This document shows, one piece after another, positions 37,627 through 47,705 of a DNA stretch of 64,000 nt; position 1 is the stretch's first letter, and each line of letters begins with the position of its first letter. Under the pieces are notes generated by a model, which was not told the origin of the DNA, made no database searches, and saw only the letters and a program-made list of their open reading frames with translations. This stretch comes from a virus: positions 17,725-81,724 of IMG/VR virus record IMGVR_UViG_3300038620_000134; one strand, 5' to 3'. The translations under genes and the position numbers were made by a program.

Positions 37627-38295
37627 ATGAAAACACTAACTAAGCAATTAAAGGAAGACTGGTTTTTAAAAGACCACATAGACTTTGAATACCAACAATA
37701 TAGGTTATTAGCATATTTACAAAAAGTTGAAAATGAGTTTTTTTACACAAGAATTTATCCACACTTAGATGTTTTAAAGAAGTTAAAAAAGAATATTGAT
37801 AGTTTTATGTACTCATCAAAAAGATGGGAAAAAGCAATTTCAGATTATAACATATCAACAGAAAAAAGCAATGAACTCCAAAACCTGCTGTTCTGGGCAC
37901 AATCTGAAATATATTCAAAAATTAAAAAGGGTGAAGAAATACTGACCACAGTGTCAAATTATACGCATATGAAAGTTTTGCAACGGGGTTCCGATAACAA
38001 ACCAGATCATGGTTATATCGCAATTCAACATGAGAATGGATGTTCAATCTACTATTATAGATACGATAGTTCTAAAGTATATGATAAAGCTATAAAAATT
38101 CAAAACAAAGAACTTAAAAGATTATCACAAAGTGCAACAGAAGATGAATTAATAAACATTATGGAAGATTTAGAAAATAGAGATGACCACCATAGATTCC
38201 ATTGGATATATTTTAATAATGAAGCCAGACCACCACTGCGCGAAACATTACTTCCTGCAATAAAAATTAAAATTTATAAAACTTTTTACTTTTAG
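37627..38295 (+). CDS. Host-like conserved hypothetical protein
   Basis: WF....IDFEY.QY.LLAYLQ.V...F....IYP N-terminus recalled from Bacteroidota chromosomal proteins. Confidence 0.6.
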   Translation: MKTLTKQLKEDWFLKDHIDFEYQQYRLLAYLQKVENEFFYTRIYPHLDVLKKLKKNIDSFMYSSKRWEKAISDYNISTEKSNELQNLLFWAQSEIYSKIKKGEEILTTVSNYTHMKVLQRGSDNKPDHGYIAIQHENGCSIYYYRYDSSKVYDKAIKIQNKELKRLSQSATEDELINIMEDLENRDDHHRFHWIYFNNEARPPLRETLLPAIKIKIYKTFYF

Positions 38296-38328
38296 GTTAC
38301 TATATAAATAAATAAAAAAAAAATAACA

Positions 38329-39849
38329 ATGCGAATAAAATCTTTCCAAGAATACATTAATTCGACTTCCATTGATGAAGCACTCCATCCAAGTCAAGCA
38401 AAACCATATATTAAAGCATGGAAAGAAGCTGGAGGTGAAAAATTTTATCGTGACATCTTTGGAAAGAAAGAAAATGGAAAACCCAAATATAGACTTTACT
38501 TGGAGCTTAAAGAATCCAAAGAGCAGAAACAAAAGATAAGCAAAGATGTTAGGGATAGAATCAATAAAGCTTTAGAATATACAAATTATGAAGTTGAAGA
38601 TTTTAATCAAAATTTAGCAATTTCAAAAGATGGTGAAAATACTAAAAAAGTAACAAGTGAACTTTCAAAAAATAAAAAATTAAAAAAACAAGATGAAATT
38701 AATATAGATAAACTCCTTCAAGATTACAGTGAGGAACTAAGTAAAAAGTCAACCCAAAGAGAACAAGACGATTATCTTGTAGTAATTTCACGGCATCCAT
38801 ACGATATTGCGGGGATGAGCACCGATAGAGGTTGGACTAGTTGTATGGACTTAGATACTGGAAGTCAAAAATTCTATGTAATGGAAGATGTTAAAAAGGG
38901 AACAATTATAGCTTATTTAATTAAAAAAGATGACTTGAATATTAATAATCCTGTTGCACGGATTTTAATAAAACCTTATGTTAGTGGGGACGGTGAAGAA
39001 ATTGCACTGTTTAGAGATAAAGAAGTAGATGAATTTAAAGGAGAACCAGTTAAGGGATTTAAAGAAACAATTGATGCTTGGCTAGAAAAGAATCAAAAGT
39101 TAAGTAAAACCAAGTATTATCAACTTCAAGGATTGTATAAAGATGGAAAGTGTGAATATAATCCAGATGCTCCAGTTAAAGCTATACTAAATGATTTTGT
39201 TAAAGGAACTTTTGAAGTAGATGGAAACACAATTAGTGTTAATGGGAATGTAAATTTACGTAGAAAACCTAAAGTTTTTAAAAAAATTACAAAAAACTAT
39301 AAGTTTGGATATGTTAGTGGTAATTTTAATTGTTCTAATAATAATTTAACATCCCTTGAAGGTGCACCTGAAGAAGTTGGGGGTTATTTTATTTGTGAGT
39401 ATAACAAATTAACATCCCTTGAAGGTGCCCCTGAAAAAGTTGGGGGTAGTTTTATGTGTTCTCGTAATGGATTAACATCCTTGGAAGGTGCACCTGAAGA
39501 AGTTGTAAGTGGTTTTATTTGTGATGATAATAATTTAACATCCCTTAAAGGTGCCCCTGAAAAAGTTGGGGGTAGTTTTATTTGTTATAGGAATGGTTTA
39601 ACATCCCTTGAAGGTGCACCCGAAAAAGTTGGAGGTGAATTTGATTGTAGATTTAATCAATTAACATCCCTTGAAGGTGCACCTGAAAAAGTTGGAGGTG
39701 ATTTTTATTGTAGATTTAATCAATTAACATCCCTTGAAGGTGCACCTGAAAAAGTTGGAGGTGATTTTTATTGTGGTAAGAATAAAAAAGATTTTACAAA
39801 AGAAGATGTTAAAGCTGTTTCTGATGTTGAAGGTGAAATAAAAGTTTAA
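38329..39849 (+). CDS. LRR-like repeat protein A (7 full 21-aa repeats)
   Basis: GxFxCxxNxLTSLEGAPEKVG units at 39319-39759; N-domain SRHPYDIAGMSTDRGWTSCM. Confidence 0.9.
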   Translation: MRIKSFQEYINSTSIDEALHPSQAKPYIKAWKEAGGEKFYRDIFGKKENGKPKYRLYLELKESKEQKQKISKDVRDRINKALEYTNYEVEDFNQNLAISKDGENTKKVTSELSKNKKLKKQDEINIDKLLQDYSEELSKKSTQREQDDYLVVISRHPYDIAGMSTDRGWTSCMDLDTGSQKFYVMEDVKKGTIIAYLIKKDDLNINNPVARILIKPYVSGDGEEIALFRDKEVDEFKGEPVKGFKETIDAWLEKNQKLSKTKYYQLQGLYKDGKCEYNPDAPVKAILNDFVKGTFEVDGNTISVNGNVNLRRKPKVFKKITKNYKFGYVSGNFNCSNNNLTSLEGAPEEVGGYFICEYNKLTSLEGAPEKVGGSFMCSRNGLTSLEGAPEEVVSGFICDDNNLTSLKGAPEKVGGSFICYRNGLTSLEGAPEKVGGEFDCRFNQLTSLEGAPEKVGGDFYCRFNQLTSLEGAPEKVGGDFYCGKNKKDFTKEDVKAVSDVEGEIKV

Positions 39850-40215
39850 TAAAAACTTAATAAAACTATATACTAACAAAAGCAATATCATGAGCTTTTT
39901 TGCTTACTTTAGATTTATAAGTATTTTCTAATCGATAGCGATACTCCCTTAAAAATTTTGATTAACTCTCCCATTCATTTTTTAAAGGATTTCAAAATAG
40001 TAACGTTACTTTATCAGTATTTTGTAAAACCTTTTTTCTGTTTTCATACAACGCTTTATCCATGTTACATCTATCTGGAAAATAAAACAGCCTAGCATCA
40101 GTTGTTCCAATATAAATATAGGTATAAAACTCACGTTTTAATTCATAGTAGGCAGGATCTAACTTATTAAGCACCTCTTCAAGTGTACAAACATTAATTG
40201 TAACTTTTAAATTTG

Positions 40216-40428
40216 TTACTGTTTTATAAGTTCATACAGCACTGCTACTAATGGTATATTAAAAATAAAAATACCTATTAAACTAAAGACTTTTTCAAAA
40301 GTAGTTGATTCGTCTTTAAATAAGAGTATATAAAATTTAACATATCCAATTAAATAAGCTGTAAAGTATACTGAAAGTATGATAACTGTTAAATAATCCA
40401 TAATTAAAAAAATTTGAACTTTAGCCAA
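40216..40428 (-). CDS. Small two-TM membrane protein
   Basis: Hydrophobic; promoter TTGACA-N17-TATATT at 40468-40496 (-). Confidence 0.6.
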   Translation of the reverse strand: MAKVQIFLIMDYLTVIILSVYFTAYLIGYVKFYILLFKDESTTFEKVFSLIGIFIFNIPLVAVLYELIKQ

Positions 40429-40570
40429 GTTTTCTTTAGAAGAAAATTCTTTTCCACTTCAATCTTAAATATAATACATTTAAGACCCTCTGTCAAGCTT
40501 CAATTAAAAAATATTAAAAGTGTTACACTTTTTTAAGTAAAATAAATAAATAAATAAAAAAAATCAAAGC

Positions 40571-43500
40571 ATGGCAGAAGTCGCAACTAATTTTAACGTT
40601 AATCTTGATAGATACAAAGCATCTGGCGTATATTTAGCTGAAATAGATCGTTCAGCCGAACAACAACAAACTGCAAGCCCAACAACTCGTGTTGTAATTG
40701 GTTTTTCCCGTAAAGGCCCCGTTATGACACCTGTTTATTTGGAACGCAAAGAAACAGCACGTGATGTTTTTGGTGAAATTGATGAATCACTTGAAAGAAA
40801 AGGGTCATTTTTTCACAGAACTATTGATACTTGCCTGAATGAAGGACCTGTTTTTGCAATTAACATGATTCCATTTGTTAATGAAGTTGATGACTTAGGC
40901 AATCCAACTGCCGATGCTGATGTTGCTCCATATAGGTCTTTTTCAACTGATGTTACTGGTGATAACGGACGCGGTGAATGGGACACACCCACACCATCTC
41001 CAGATGTTTTTCCATTCAATCATCCTCGGTTTTCGGGTTACAATCTAAGACTTTATACAAGTTACTATAACAAAGAACGTTTTTGGTTTCCAAGTGTAGA
41101 TAATCTTTTAGCAACTCGCGTTGATGAAGATAAAGTTACAAATCTAAATGGTAGAGTAATTGGTGGAAAAATTCTTAACTTTGTTAATCTGGGCAAAACA
41201 CCTATAACTGTTTTTGTAAGAAAAGCACCATCAAATAAAACTGATGGTTTTAGATTAACTGCTCGTGAATGGTATGAAGATAACGAAGATATTCCACCTT
41301 TTGTTAAAGAGTCTGATTATATATCAGATTACTTTTTAGAAGTAATATTAGTAAAAGGTAATTTTGGAAAGTCTTCATATGAAGATTTAAGTAATGATCA
41401 GTTTTTAAATCCCTATTTTACAGAAAATGGAATAATTGCTGATAAGTTTGATGAACTACTTGATAGCAATTTAATTCCTGTAATTTCTCGATTTGTTGGA
41501 ACCATTATTCCAAACTTCCGAGATAAGCAAGATATTGACTGGTTTATAGAAGATATAATTAACCGCCAATTTGCAAGAACTGGATTATTTTGTGCTGTTG
41601 ACACAAATGAACTTGATCGCTATGAAACAGGGCAAAATGATTACTATGTAGATTTTGTAGGTCACAGACTTTTAGACACAAGTAACTTTACTGAAAATAA
41701 TCCAGACTGGAATGGTAACATTGACTTCTTAAGCTACAGAACTCCATTCAAAGAGAATCTTAAATATGAACAAGTTTCTTTGCCTATTAATATGGCCAAT
41801 CCGAATTCTATTTTTGCTGGTGATGCTAATTTTACCAGTGATAGTGTTTCTGAATTAAGTAATGATGATTTAATTTCTAATAATGTTATTGAATTTTTAG
41901 AAAATCAAAATTCCGATAGCAGATTTTCATTTTACATTTATGATACAATAGATCAAGCAACAGGTAGTTATTACGCCAATTCACTTTTTGATAAGCTTAG
42001 TAATTTAACTCCTAATGATTCTTATATTGTTTTAGATATTGTTTTAGATGACAATAATGTAAATACACCACCTGTAACAACTAAGCTTTACACTCAAGTT
42101 AAAAAGCTACTTCAACAAAATGTTGGAAATCAAACTGCCATTAAAGTTGAAGTTGAAAACTTGACTGATGTTAGTGGAAGCACTAACATGGAACCATATA
42201 CAAATATAAGTTTAGAAAGTGGTGCCTTTACCCATCTGGTTTTTGAAAGAGATGGTTTTAATGCTGGTATTGGATCATCTCCCACCTTCTTATATGCGAA
42301 TAAAAATTCAAAATTATATCAAGATTGGAAAAATGGTGTTATTGCCGATGGTGATAAAGTGTTCCATGATATTGGCTCCACCAATGATACATATTTTGAT
42401 GAATTTTACACCATTGAGTTTGAACAAACAAAAGACCCAAACTTTAAGGATCTTGTTTTGAAAGTTAACTTCTTTAACCCGAATGGAAGTTCCTTTAACA
42501 TTTCTAATCTTATTTTCCAAGCTGGTGAAAACTATGTTAAAAATTCAAATAATCCTGATGCAACAAGTCCAGCAGCTTTAACACCAAATCAAGCTGGTTA
42601 CTTAAATGTTGTTTCTAATAGTGGAAGTCTTAATACTTATGTTGATTATCAAGCATTTCCCGATACCAGTGTTAAAAATCGAGTGTTAATACCTGATATA
42701 CCAGCATGGAGAGATGATGCACGACCTGGTAACTTTATTCGGGCTAAGGATCGTAATGATAATCCCATCCTTGCCCGTATTACTAGAGTTCGTGGTGGTT
42801 ATGAATACAATGGAATGAAATGGTTAAATGTAGAAAGTGTTGCAAGAATTGAACCATTTGAAGTTTTTGGAACACCCGAAACTACACCACAGGGATATAC
42901 AATAAAAGGAACTGTAGAAATTTGGCGCCCTATTGAAAATAGTATCAAGTATATTGATGGTACTTATTTGAATGGACTTCAACTAAATGATAATCACATA
43001 CCAAAACCGAATGAAAGTTATGTTAGAGAATTTTATAAGCTGTTAGAAGATACGAATCTTAAAGAAGCTCTTTCAGATAAAAATCAAATTACATGGAGGT
43101 ATGTAGTAGATACATTTAACCAAGGACTTGATGAAATGTCTGGCGGTAAACAATATCTTACACGTCTTGCTAAAAGCCGTTGGAAAGCATTGGCATTTGT
43201 TAATGCTCCATCCATTCAAGAATTTATTGATAGTACTGACCCAATTTTTACTGAACTGCCAACGCCTAGAAGCCCACGCCCAACGCTAAAAACTGAATAC
43301 ATAGCAACGGGTGGTAACTTAGATCAAAATCCAAACAGGATTTATTCGTTGCCAGATTTTGATAATGGTGCGAGTCATTCTGGTTTCTTTATTCCAAATA
43401 TTATAATTCGAGATGGTAACAAAACAGTTTCTGTTCCACCTGCTGCATACATTTCAAATCTTTATGTAAGAAAGTTCAAAAATGGTAATCCATTTCAAGC

Positions 43501-44020
43501 AATTGGTGGTAATAGAAAGGGTAGAATTACTGGTGCTAACATATCTGGATTAGAGTATGACTTTACCAAATCAGATAGGGCCAATATAGAACCCTTTGGA
43601 CTAAATCCAATGGTTAAACGACCAGATGGGTCTATTGTTGTAATGGGTGAAAGAACAGCGTATCAACGCGTTAATTCTCAACTAAACGGATTGCATGTTC
43701 GGGATGTTCTTATTTCAATTGAAATTCAAATTGAGAATATATTGGAAACTTATCTTTTTGAACCCAATGATGATGCAACAAGAAACGCAATTGAAAATGA
43801 AATTAGTTCATATCTTGAAACTGTTTTTGTAAATGATGGCATTCGACAAAATTATGAGGTGAAAATGGATTCTTCAAACAATGGGCCGGATGTTATTTCA
43901 GAAAACTTTGGCATTGTTGATGTTAAAGTTGAACCCGTTGGTGCTATTTACAAATATCTTAACAGGGTTTCTATTTTACCAAGTGGTGGACTAAATTCAT
44001 CTGGATTTCAACCCGCTTAA
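40571..44020 (+). CDS. Contractile tail sheath protein (gp18-like) with large insertions
   Basis: SGVY..EIDRS, GFSRKGP..TPV; C-terminal VPPAAY, GLNP, GERT, LHVRDVL, LFEPND..TR, MDSSNN. Confidence 0.93.
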   Translation: MAEVATNFNVNLDRYKASGVYLAEIDRSAEQQQTASPTTRVVIGFSRKGPVMTPVYLERKETARDVFGEIDESLERKGSFFHRTIDTCLNEGPVFAINMIPFVNEVDDLGNPTADADVAPYRSFSTDVTGDNGRGEWDTPTPSPDVFPFNHPRFSGYNLRLYTSYYNKERFWFPSVDNLLATRVDEDKVTNLNGRVIGGKILNFVNLGKTPITVFVRKAPSNKTDGFRLTAREWYEDNEDIPPFVKESDYISDYFLEVILVKGNFGKSSYEDLSNDQFLNPYFTENGIIADKFDELLDSNLIPVISRFVGTIIPNFRDKQDIDWFIEDIINRQFARTGLFCAVDTNELDRYETGQNDYYVDFVGHRLLDTSNFTENNPDWNGNIDFLSYRTPFKENLKYEQVSLPINMANPNSIFAGDANFTSDSVSELSNDDLISNNVIEFLENQNSDSRFSFYIYDTIDQATGSYYANSLFDKLSNLTPNDSYIVLDIVLDDNNVNTPPVTTKLYTQVKKLLQQNVGNQTAIKVEVENLTDVSGSTNMEPYTNISLESGAFTHLVFERDGFNAGIGSSPTFLYANKNSKLYQDWKNGVIADGDKVFHDIGSTNDTYFDEFYTIEFEQTKDPNFKDLVLKVNFFNPNGSSFNISNLIFQAGENYVKNSNNPDATSPAALTPNQAGYLNVVSNSGSLNTYVDYQAFPDTSVKNRVLIPDIPAWRDDARPGNFIRAKDRNDNPILARITRVRGGYEYNGMKWLNVESVARIEPFEVFGTPETTPQGYTIKGTVEIWRPIENSIKYIDGTYLNGLQLNDNHIPKPNESYVREFYKLLEDTNLKEALSDKNQITWRYVVDTFNQGLDEMSGGKQYLTRLAKSRWKALAFVNAPSIQEFIDSTDPIFTELPTPRSPRPTLKTEYIATGGNLDQNPNRIYSLPDFDNGASHSGFFIPNIIIRDGNKTVSVPPAAYISNLYVRKFKNGNPFQAIGGNRKGRITGANISGLEYDFTKSDRANIEPFGLNPMVKRPDGSIVVMGERTAYQRVNSQLNGLHVRDVLISIEIQIENILETYLFEPNDDATRNAIENEISSYLETVFVNDGIRQNYEVKMDSSNNGPDVISENFGIVDVKVEPVGAIYKYLNRVSILPSGGLNSSGFQPA

Positions 44021-44041
44021 ACTTTTTACCTAGGATCGTTG

Positions 44042-44076
44042 AAGGGAAGAAATAATATTATTTTCTTCCCTTTTTT
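44042..44076 (+). terminator. Intrinsic terminator after tail sheath
   Basis: AAGGGAAGAAA/TTTCTTCCCTT plus T run. Confidence 0.8.
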
Positions 44077-44090
44077 ATATAAATAAAATA

Positions 44091-44195
44091 TCAGAAAGTA
44101 TTAACTGTAATTTTAATTGTATTAACAATAAAAAAAAAGAATTTACAGAAGAAGTTAAGGATGTTATAAATGTTGAAGGAGAAATAGGGGTTTAA
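44091..44195 (+). pseudogene. Relic C-terminus of a third LRR-like paralog
   Basis: Translates NFNCINNKKKEFTEEVKDVINVEGEIGV* versus DFYCGKNKKDFTKEDVKAVSDVEGEIKV*. Confidence 0.75.
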
Positions 44196-44213
44196 TAAAT
44201 AAAAAAAATAATA

Positions 44214-46037
44214 ATGCGAATAAAATCTTTCCAAGAATACATTAATTCGAGTTCCATTGATGAAGCACTCCATCCAAGTCAAGCTAAATCTTATATTAAA
44301 GCATGGAAAGAAGCTGGAGGTGAAAAATTTTATCGTGACATCTTTGGAAAGAAAGAAAATGGAAAACCCAAATATAGACTTTACTTAGAACTCGAAGAGT
44401 CTGAAGAACAAAAACAAAAGATAAGTAAAGATGTTAGAGATAGAATCAATAAAGCTTTAGAATATACAAACTATGAAGTTGAAAATTTTAATAAGAATAT
44501 AGCGGTTTCGGATAAAAGAACAACCAGTATTATAAAAGTTTTAATGAAAGATAGTGGTCTTAAAAAGAGTGATATAAATGTTCAAAAGTTAAAAAGTGAT
44601 TACGAAAAAGAACTTAATAAGAAATCAACTCAGAGAAAACAAGATAACTATCTTGTAGTGATTTCGCGTCATCCATACGATATTGCTGGAATGAGCACGG
44701 ATAGAGGTTGGACTAGTTGTATGGACTTAGATACTGGAGGTCAAACATTTCATATAATGGAAGATGTTAAAAAGGGAACTATAATTGCATATCTTATTAA
44801 AAAAGATGACTTGAATATAAACAACCCTGTTGCACGGGTTTTAATAAAACCTTATGTTAGTGAAGATAGTGAAGAAATTGCTTTATTTAGAGATAATTAT
44901 AAAGAAATTAAAGGAGAACCAGTAAAGGGATTTAAAGAAACAATTGATGCTTGGCTAGAAAAGAATCAAAAGTTGAGTAAAAGTAAGTACAAACAACTTA
45001 AAGGACTATATGACGAGGGAAGATGTGCTTATAATCCAGATGCTTCAATTGAAGCTATATTAAATGATTTTGTTAAAGGAACTTTTGAAGTAGATGGAAA
45101 CACAATTAGTGTTAATGGGGATGTAAATTTACGTAGAAAACTTGAAGTTTTTAAAAAAATTACAAAAAACTATAAGTTTGGATATGTTAGTGGTGATTTT
45201 TACTGTTCTAATAACGACTTAACTTCTCTTGAGGGTGCTCCTGAAGAAGTAGGTGGTAATTTTAATTGTGAGTATAACAAATTAACATCCCTTGAAGGTG
45301 CACCTGGAGAAGTTGGGGGTGATTTTGATTGTAAATTTAATAATTTACGAACACTTGAAGGTTCACCTGAAAAAGTTGGGAGTAATTTTAGTTGTATATT
45401 TAATAAATTAACAACTCTTGAAGGTGCACCTGGAGAAGTTGGGGGTGATTTTGATTGTTCCCATAACAATTTAGCATCCCTTGAAGATGCACCTAAAAAG
45501 GTTGGGGGTGAATTTAATTGTCTTGGTAATAGTTTAACATCCCTTAAAGGTGCCCCTGAAAAAGTTGGGGGTAAATTTAACTGTAGTGGAAACCAATTAA
45601 CATCACTCGAAGGTGCTCCTGAAAAGGTTGGGGATAATTTTATTTGTAGATCTAATAAATTAACTTCCCTTGAGGGTGCTCCTGAAAAGGTTGGGGGTAG
45701 TTTTATTTGTTATAGGAATGATTTAACATCCCTTAAGGGCACACCTAAAAAGGTTGGGGATGATTTTTATTGTATGAATAATAAATTAACATCCCTTGAT
45801 GGAGGACCTGAAGAAGTTGGGGGTCGTTTTGATTGCTCTCATAATAAATTAACTTCCCTTGATGGTGCTCCTAAAAAAATTGGAAGTGATTTTAGTTGTA
45901 CGTTTAACAAATTAACATCTCTTCAAAGTGCACCCGAAAAAGTTGGAGGTGATTTTGATTGTAGATTTAATAGAGAAAATTTTACAAAAGAAGATGTAAA
46001 AGCTGTTTCTGATGTTGAAGGTGAAATAAAAGTTTAA
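44214..46037 (+). CDS. LRR-like repeat protein B (12 full 21-aa repeats)
   Basis: N- and C-termini nearly identical to 38329-39849; repeats at 45192-45947. Confidence 0.9.
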   Translation: MRIKSFQEYINSSSIDEALHPSQAKSYIKAWKEAGGEKFYRDIFGKKENGKPKYRLYLELEESEEQKQKISKDVRDRINKALEYTNYEVENFNKNIAVSDKRTTSIIKVLMKDSGLKKSDINVQKLKSDYEKELNKKSTQRKQDNYLVVISRHPYDIAGMSTDRGWTSCMDLDTGGQTFHIMEDVKKGTIIAYLIKKDDLNINNPVARVLIKPYVSEDSEEIALFRDNYKEIKGEPVKGFKETIDAWLEKNQKLSKSKYKQLKGLYDEGRCAYNPDASIEAILNDFVKGTFEVDGNTISVNGDVNLRRKLEVFKKITKNYKFGYVSGDFYCSNNDLTSLEGAPEEVGGNFNCEYNKLTSLEGAPGEVGGDFDCKFNNLRTLEGSPEKVGSNFSCIFNKLTTLEGAPGEVGGDFDCSHNNLASLEDAPKKVGGEFNCLGNSLTSLKGAPEKVGGKFNCSGNQLTSLEGAPEKVGDNFICRSNKLTSLEGAPEKVGGSFICYRNDLTSLKGTPKKVGDDFYCMNNKLTSLDGGPEEVGGRFDCSHNKLTSLDGAPKKIGSDFSCTFNKLTSLQSAPEKVGGDFDCRFNRENFTKEDVKAVSDVEGEIKV

Positions 46038-46060
46038 CAGAATAAATAAAGAAAACTAAA

Positions 46061-46390
46061 ATGATTAATAATAATATATTTCGTTTTTTAACACAAGGGA
46101 GGGGTCCAAACTATTATGAAAGAAACTACTCAAATTCTTATAATAAATTTGGTAAACGGTTATATAATGTATATCGAAAAAGAAATGACAATTTATTAAA
46201 TACTGGCTTTGAATATAAAGGCAAAATATTTCAAAAAACAATTTCACCTATTATTTACAATGATCCAGTAAGAAAACCTATAATTCTAAAATTTGAACAA
46301 GTATTTTATGCATTAATTGAAAAAGTAAAATATATAAAAATATATTATAACTTTACTGAAGACAAAAATGCTGATCATATTAATCACTAA
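46061..46390 (+). CDS. Hypothetical late protein
   Basis: 109 aa, late motif upstream. Confidence 0.7.
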   Translation: MINNNIFRFLTQGRGPNYYERNYSNSYNKFGKRLYNVYRKRNDNLLNTGFEYKGKIFQKTISPIIYNDPVRKPIILKFEQVFYALIEKVKYIKIYYNFTEDKNADHINH

Positions 46391-46411
46391 AACAAAATAA
46401 TCACATTAAAA

Positions 46412-46924
46412 ATGAAATTTATAGAAAAAACAAACAAAGTAAACCCATTTAGAAAATCCAACTCTATATTTTTAACTTTTGTTCCAAACAATATGAAAAA
46501 TGAAATTTGGGAATTGGAAACTGGCAATAAGGTTGAAGAACCATTTGTTGAATTGGTTAATAACATAAAAGCAAATTATCACCAAAAGCAAGTATCTTAC
46601 ACATTAAAAAAGTTTGAAGGTTTTGAAATTAACTTTACTGGAATAAAATATGTTTCTAAAGAAGGTTATGATGAACTCCACTATAAAATTGAAAGTGATA
46701 AATTAATCGAACTTCAAAACTATATAACTTGTGATATCCCAAACAAAAACACAATAAATGGTTTTTCATGTTGTTTTGGTTATGTAAAGGAAGGCATGGG
46801 GCCAAAATATGTAGAACGTTTAGCAAGTAACTTTAATGAATTTTGCCAATCCCCTAAGGCTTTAGTTTATCAACGGTTTAGTTCAGATATGAATATTTAC
46901 ATTAATTATCGGTTCGGTGTTTAA
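46412..46924 (+). CDS. Possible degenerate 2H-phosphoesterase (T4 gp57B/Acb1-like) lacking HxT motifs
   Basis: EEPFVEL and FSCCFGYVKEGMGPKY occupy the positions of PHVTL and PHxT(I)AY.K.G.G.KY; central YD.L...IES..L..L. Confidence 0.45.
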   Translation: MKFIEKTNKVNPFRKSNSIFLTFVPNNMKNEIWELETGNKVEEPFVELVNNIKANYHQKQVSYTLKKFEGFEINFTGIKYVSKEGYDELHYKIESDKLIELQNYITCDIPNKNTINGFSCCFGYVKEGMGPKYVERLASNFNEFCQSPKALVYQRFSSDMNIYINYRFGV

Positions 46925-47294
46925 AGACTTTATTTAACACTAATGCTATAACAAACATACCAACAGCAATTAATATATAAGTAGTTTTACTGAACCATAA
47001 ATCAAAATGGTCTGTAAGGAAACCAATAATAAATGTTGGAACTGAACATAATAATGGTAAACCGACAACCCATTCATACCATTTATTTAAAAAAATTGTT
47101 AAAGGCACTATGAATACTAAATACAACAAAACTATTCCAGTTAGCATATAAGTTTTTGAAGAGAAGTATAAATTTAAATCATTATTTTTATTTTCAATTA
47201 TTAAAGCGGCGCATATAGCAAGCATTGATACTATAAACATTGTGCCGTTTAATGTTTGTAAAAATTTAGATGGTTTTTTGTCTTCATTTTTCAT
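46902..47294 (-). CDS. Four-TM membrane protein
   Basis: Four hydrophobic segments. Confidence 0.75.
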   Translation of the reverse strand: MKNEDKKPSKFLQTLNGTMFIVSMLAICAALIIENKNNDLNLYFSSKTYMLTGIVLLYLVFIVPLTIFLNKWYEWVVGLPLLCSVPTFIIGFLTDHFDLWFSKTTYILIAVGMFVIALVLNKVFKHRTDN

Positions 47295-47316
47295 ATTTGC
47301 TGGTTATTTTAACAAA

Positions 47317-47354
47317 TATTCCCGCAATCATGTAAGACTGCGGGAATACTTTTT
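47317..47354. terminator. Hairpin/terminator
   Basis: TATTCCCGCA/TGCGGGAATA stem with adjacent T run. Confidence 0.65.
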
Positions 47355-47364
47355 GATTCTTAAG

Positions 47365-47679
47365 TTATTTCCAGAGTTTTCCTCTAAGACTATCAATTTT
47401 ATTTGAATAGTGTTTCATTCGGTCATCTGGCCGCTTTACAGTTCTGACAATTGCATTATTGTCATAAACGGTATTCATGGTACTACGATAATTTTCAATA
47501 GCTAAACGCACCTGAAAGTTGTGGTTTAGTGTGTCTATTTTGTTTTGTAGTGATTTGATTTCTGCGGTCTGCTTTGATACATTCTTTTGTGTGTGATTAA
47601 GATTTGAGCACAGACTCAAATTAAAAACGCAAAGAATTCCCAAAATAATTTTTGTGATGTGTTTTTTTACAAATTCCAT
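47365..47679 (-). CDS. Membrane-anchored coiled-coil protein (spanin-like architecture)
   Basis: N-terminal TM followed by coiled coil. Confidence 0.55.
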   Translation of the reverse strand: MEFVKKHITKIILGILCVFNLSLCSNLNHTQKNVSKQTAEIKSLQNKIDTLNHNFQVRLAIENYRSTMNTVYDNNAIVRTVKRPDDRMKHYSNKIDSLRGKLWK

Positions 47680-47705
47680 AGTTTTTAGTTTTTTTAGTTA
47701 GTTAT

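Noticed and set aside
39319-45971. 63-nt repeats as a CRISPR array or a complete DGR
   Set aside because: The repeats are in-frame coding units without spacers; no reverse transcriptase in the window and variation is not limited to adenines.
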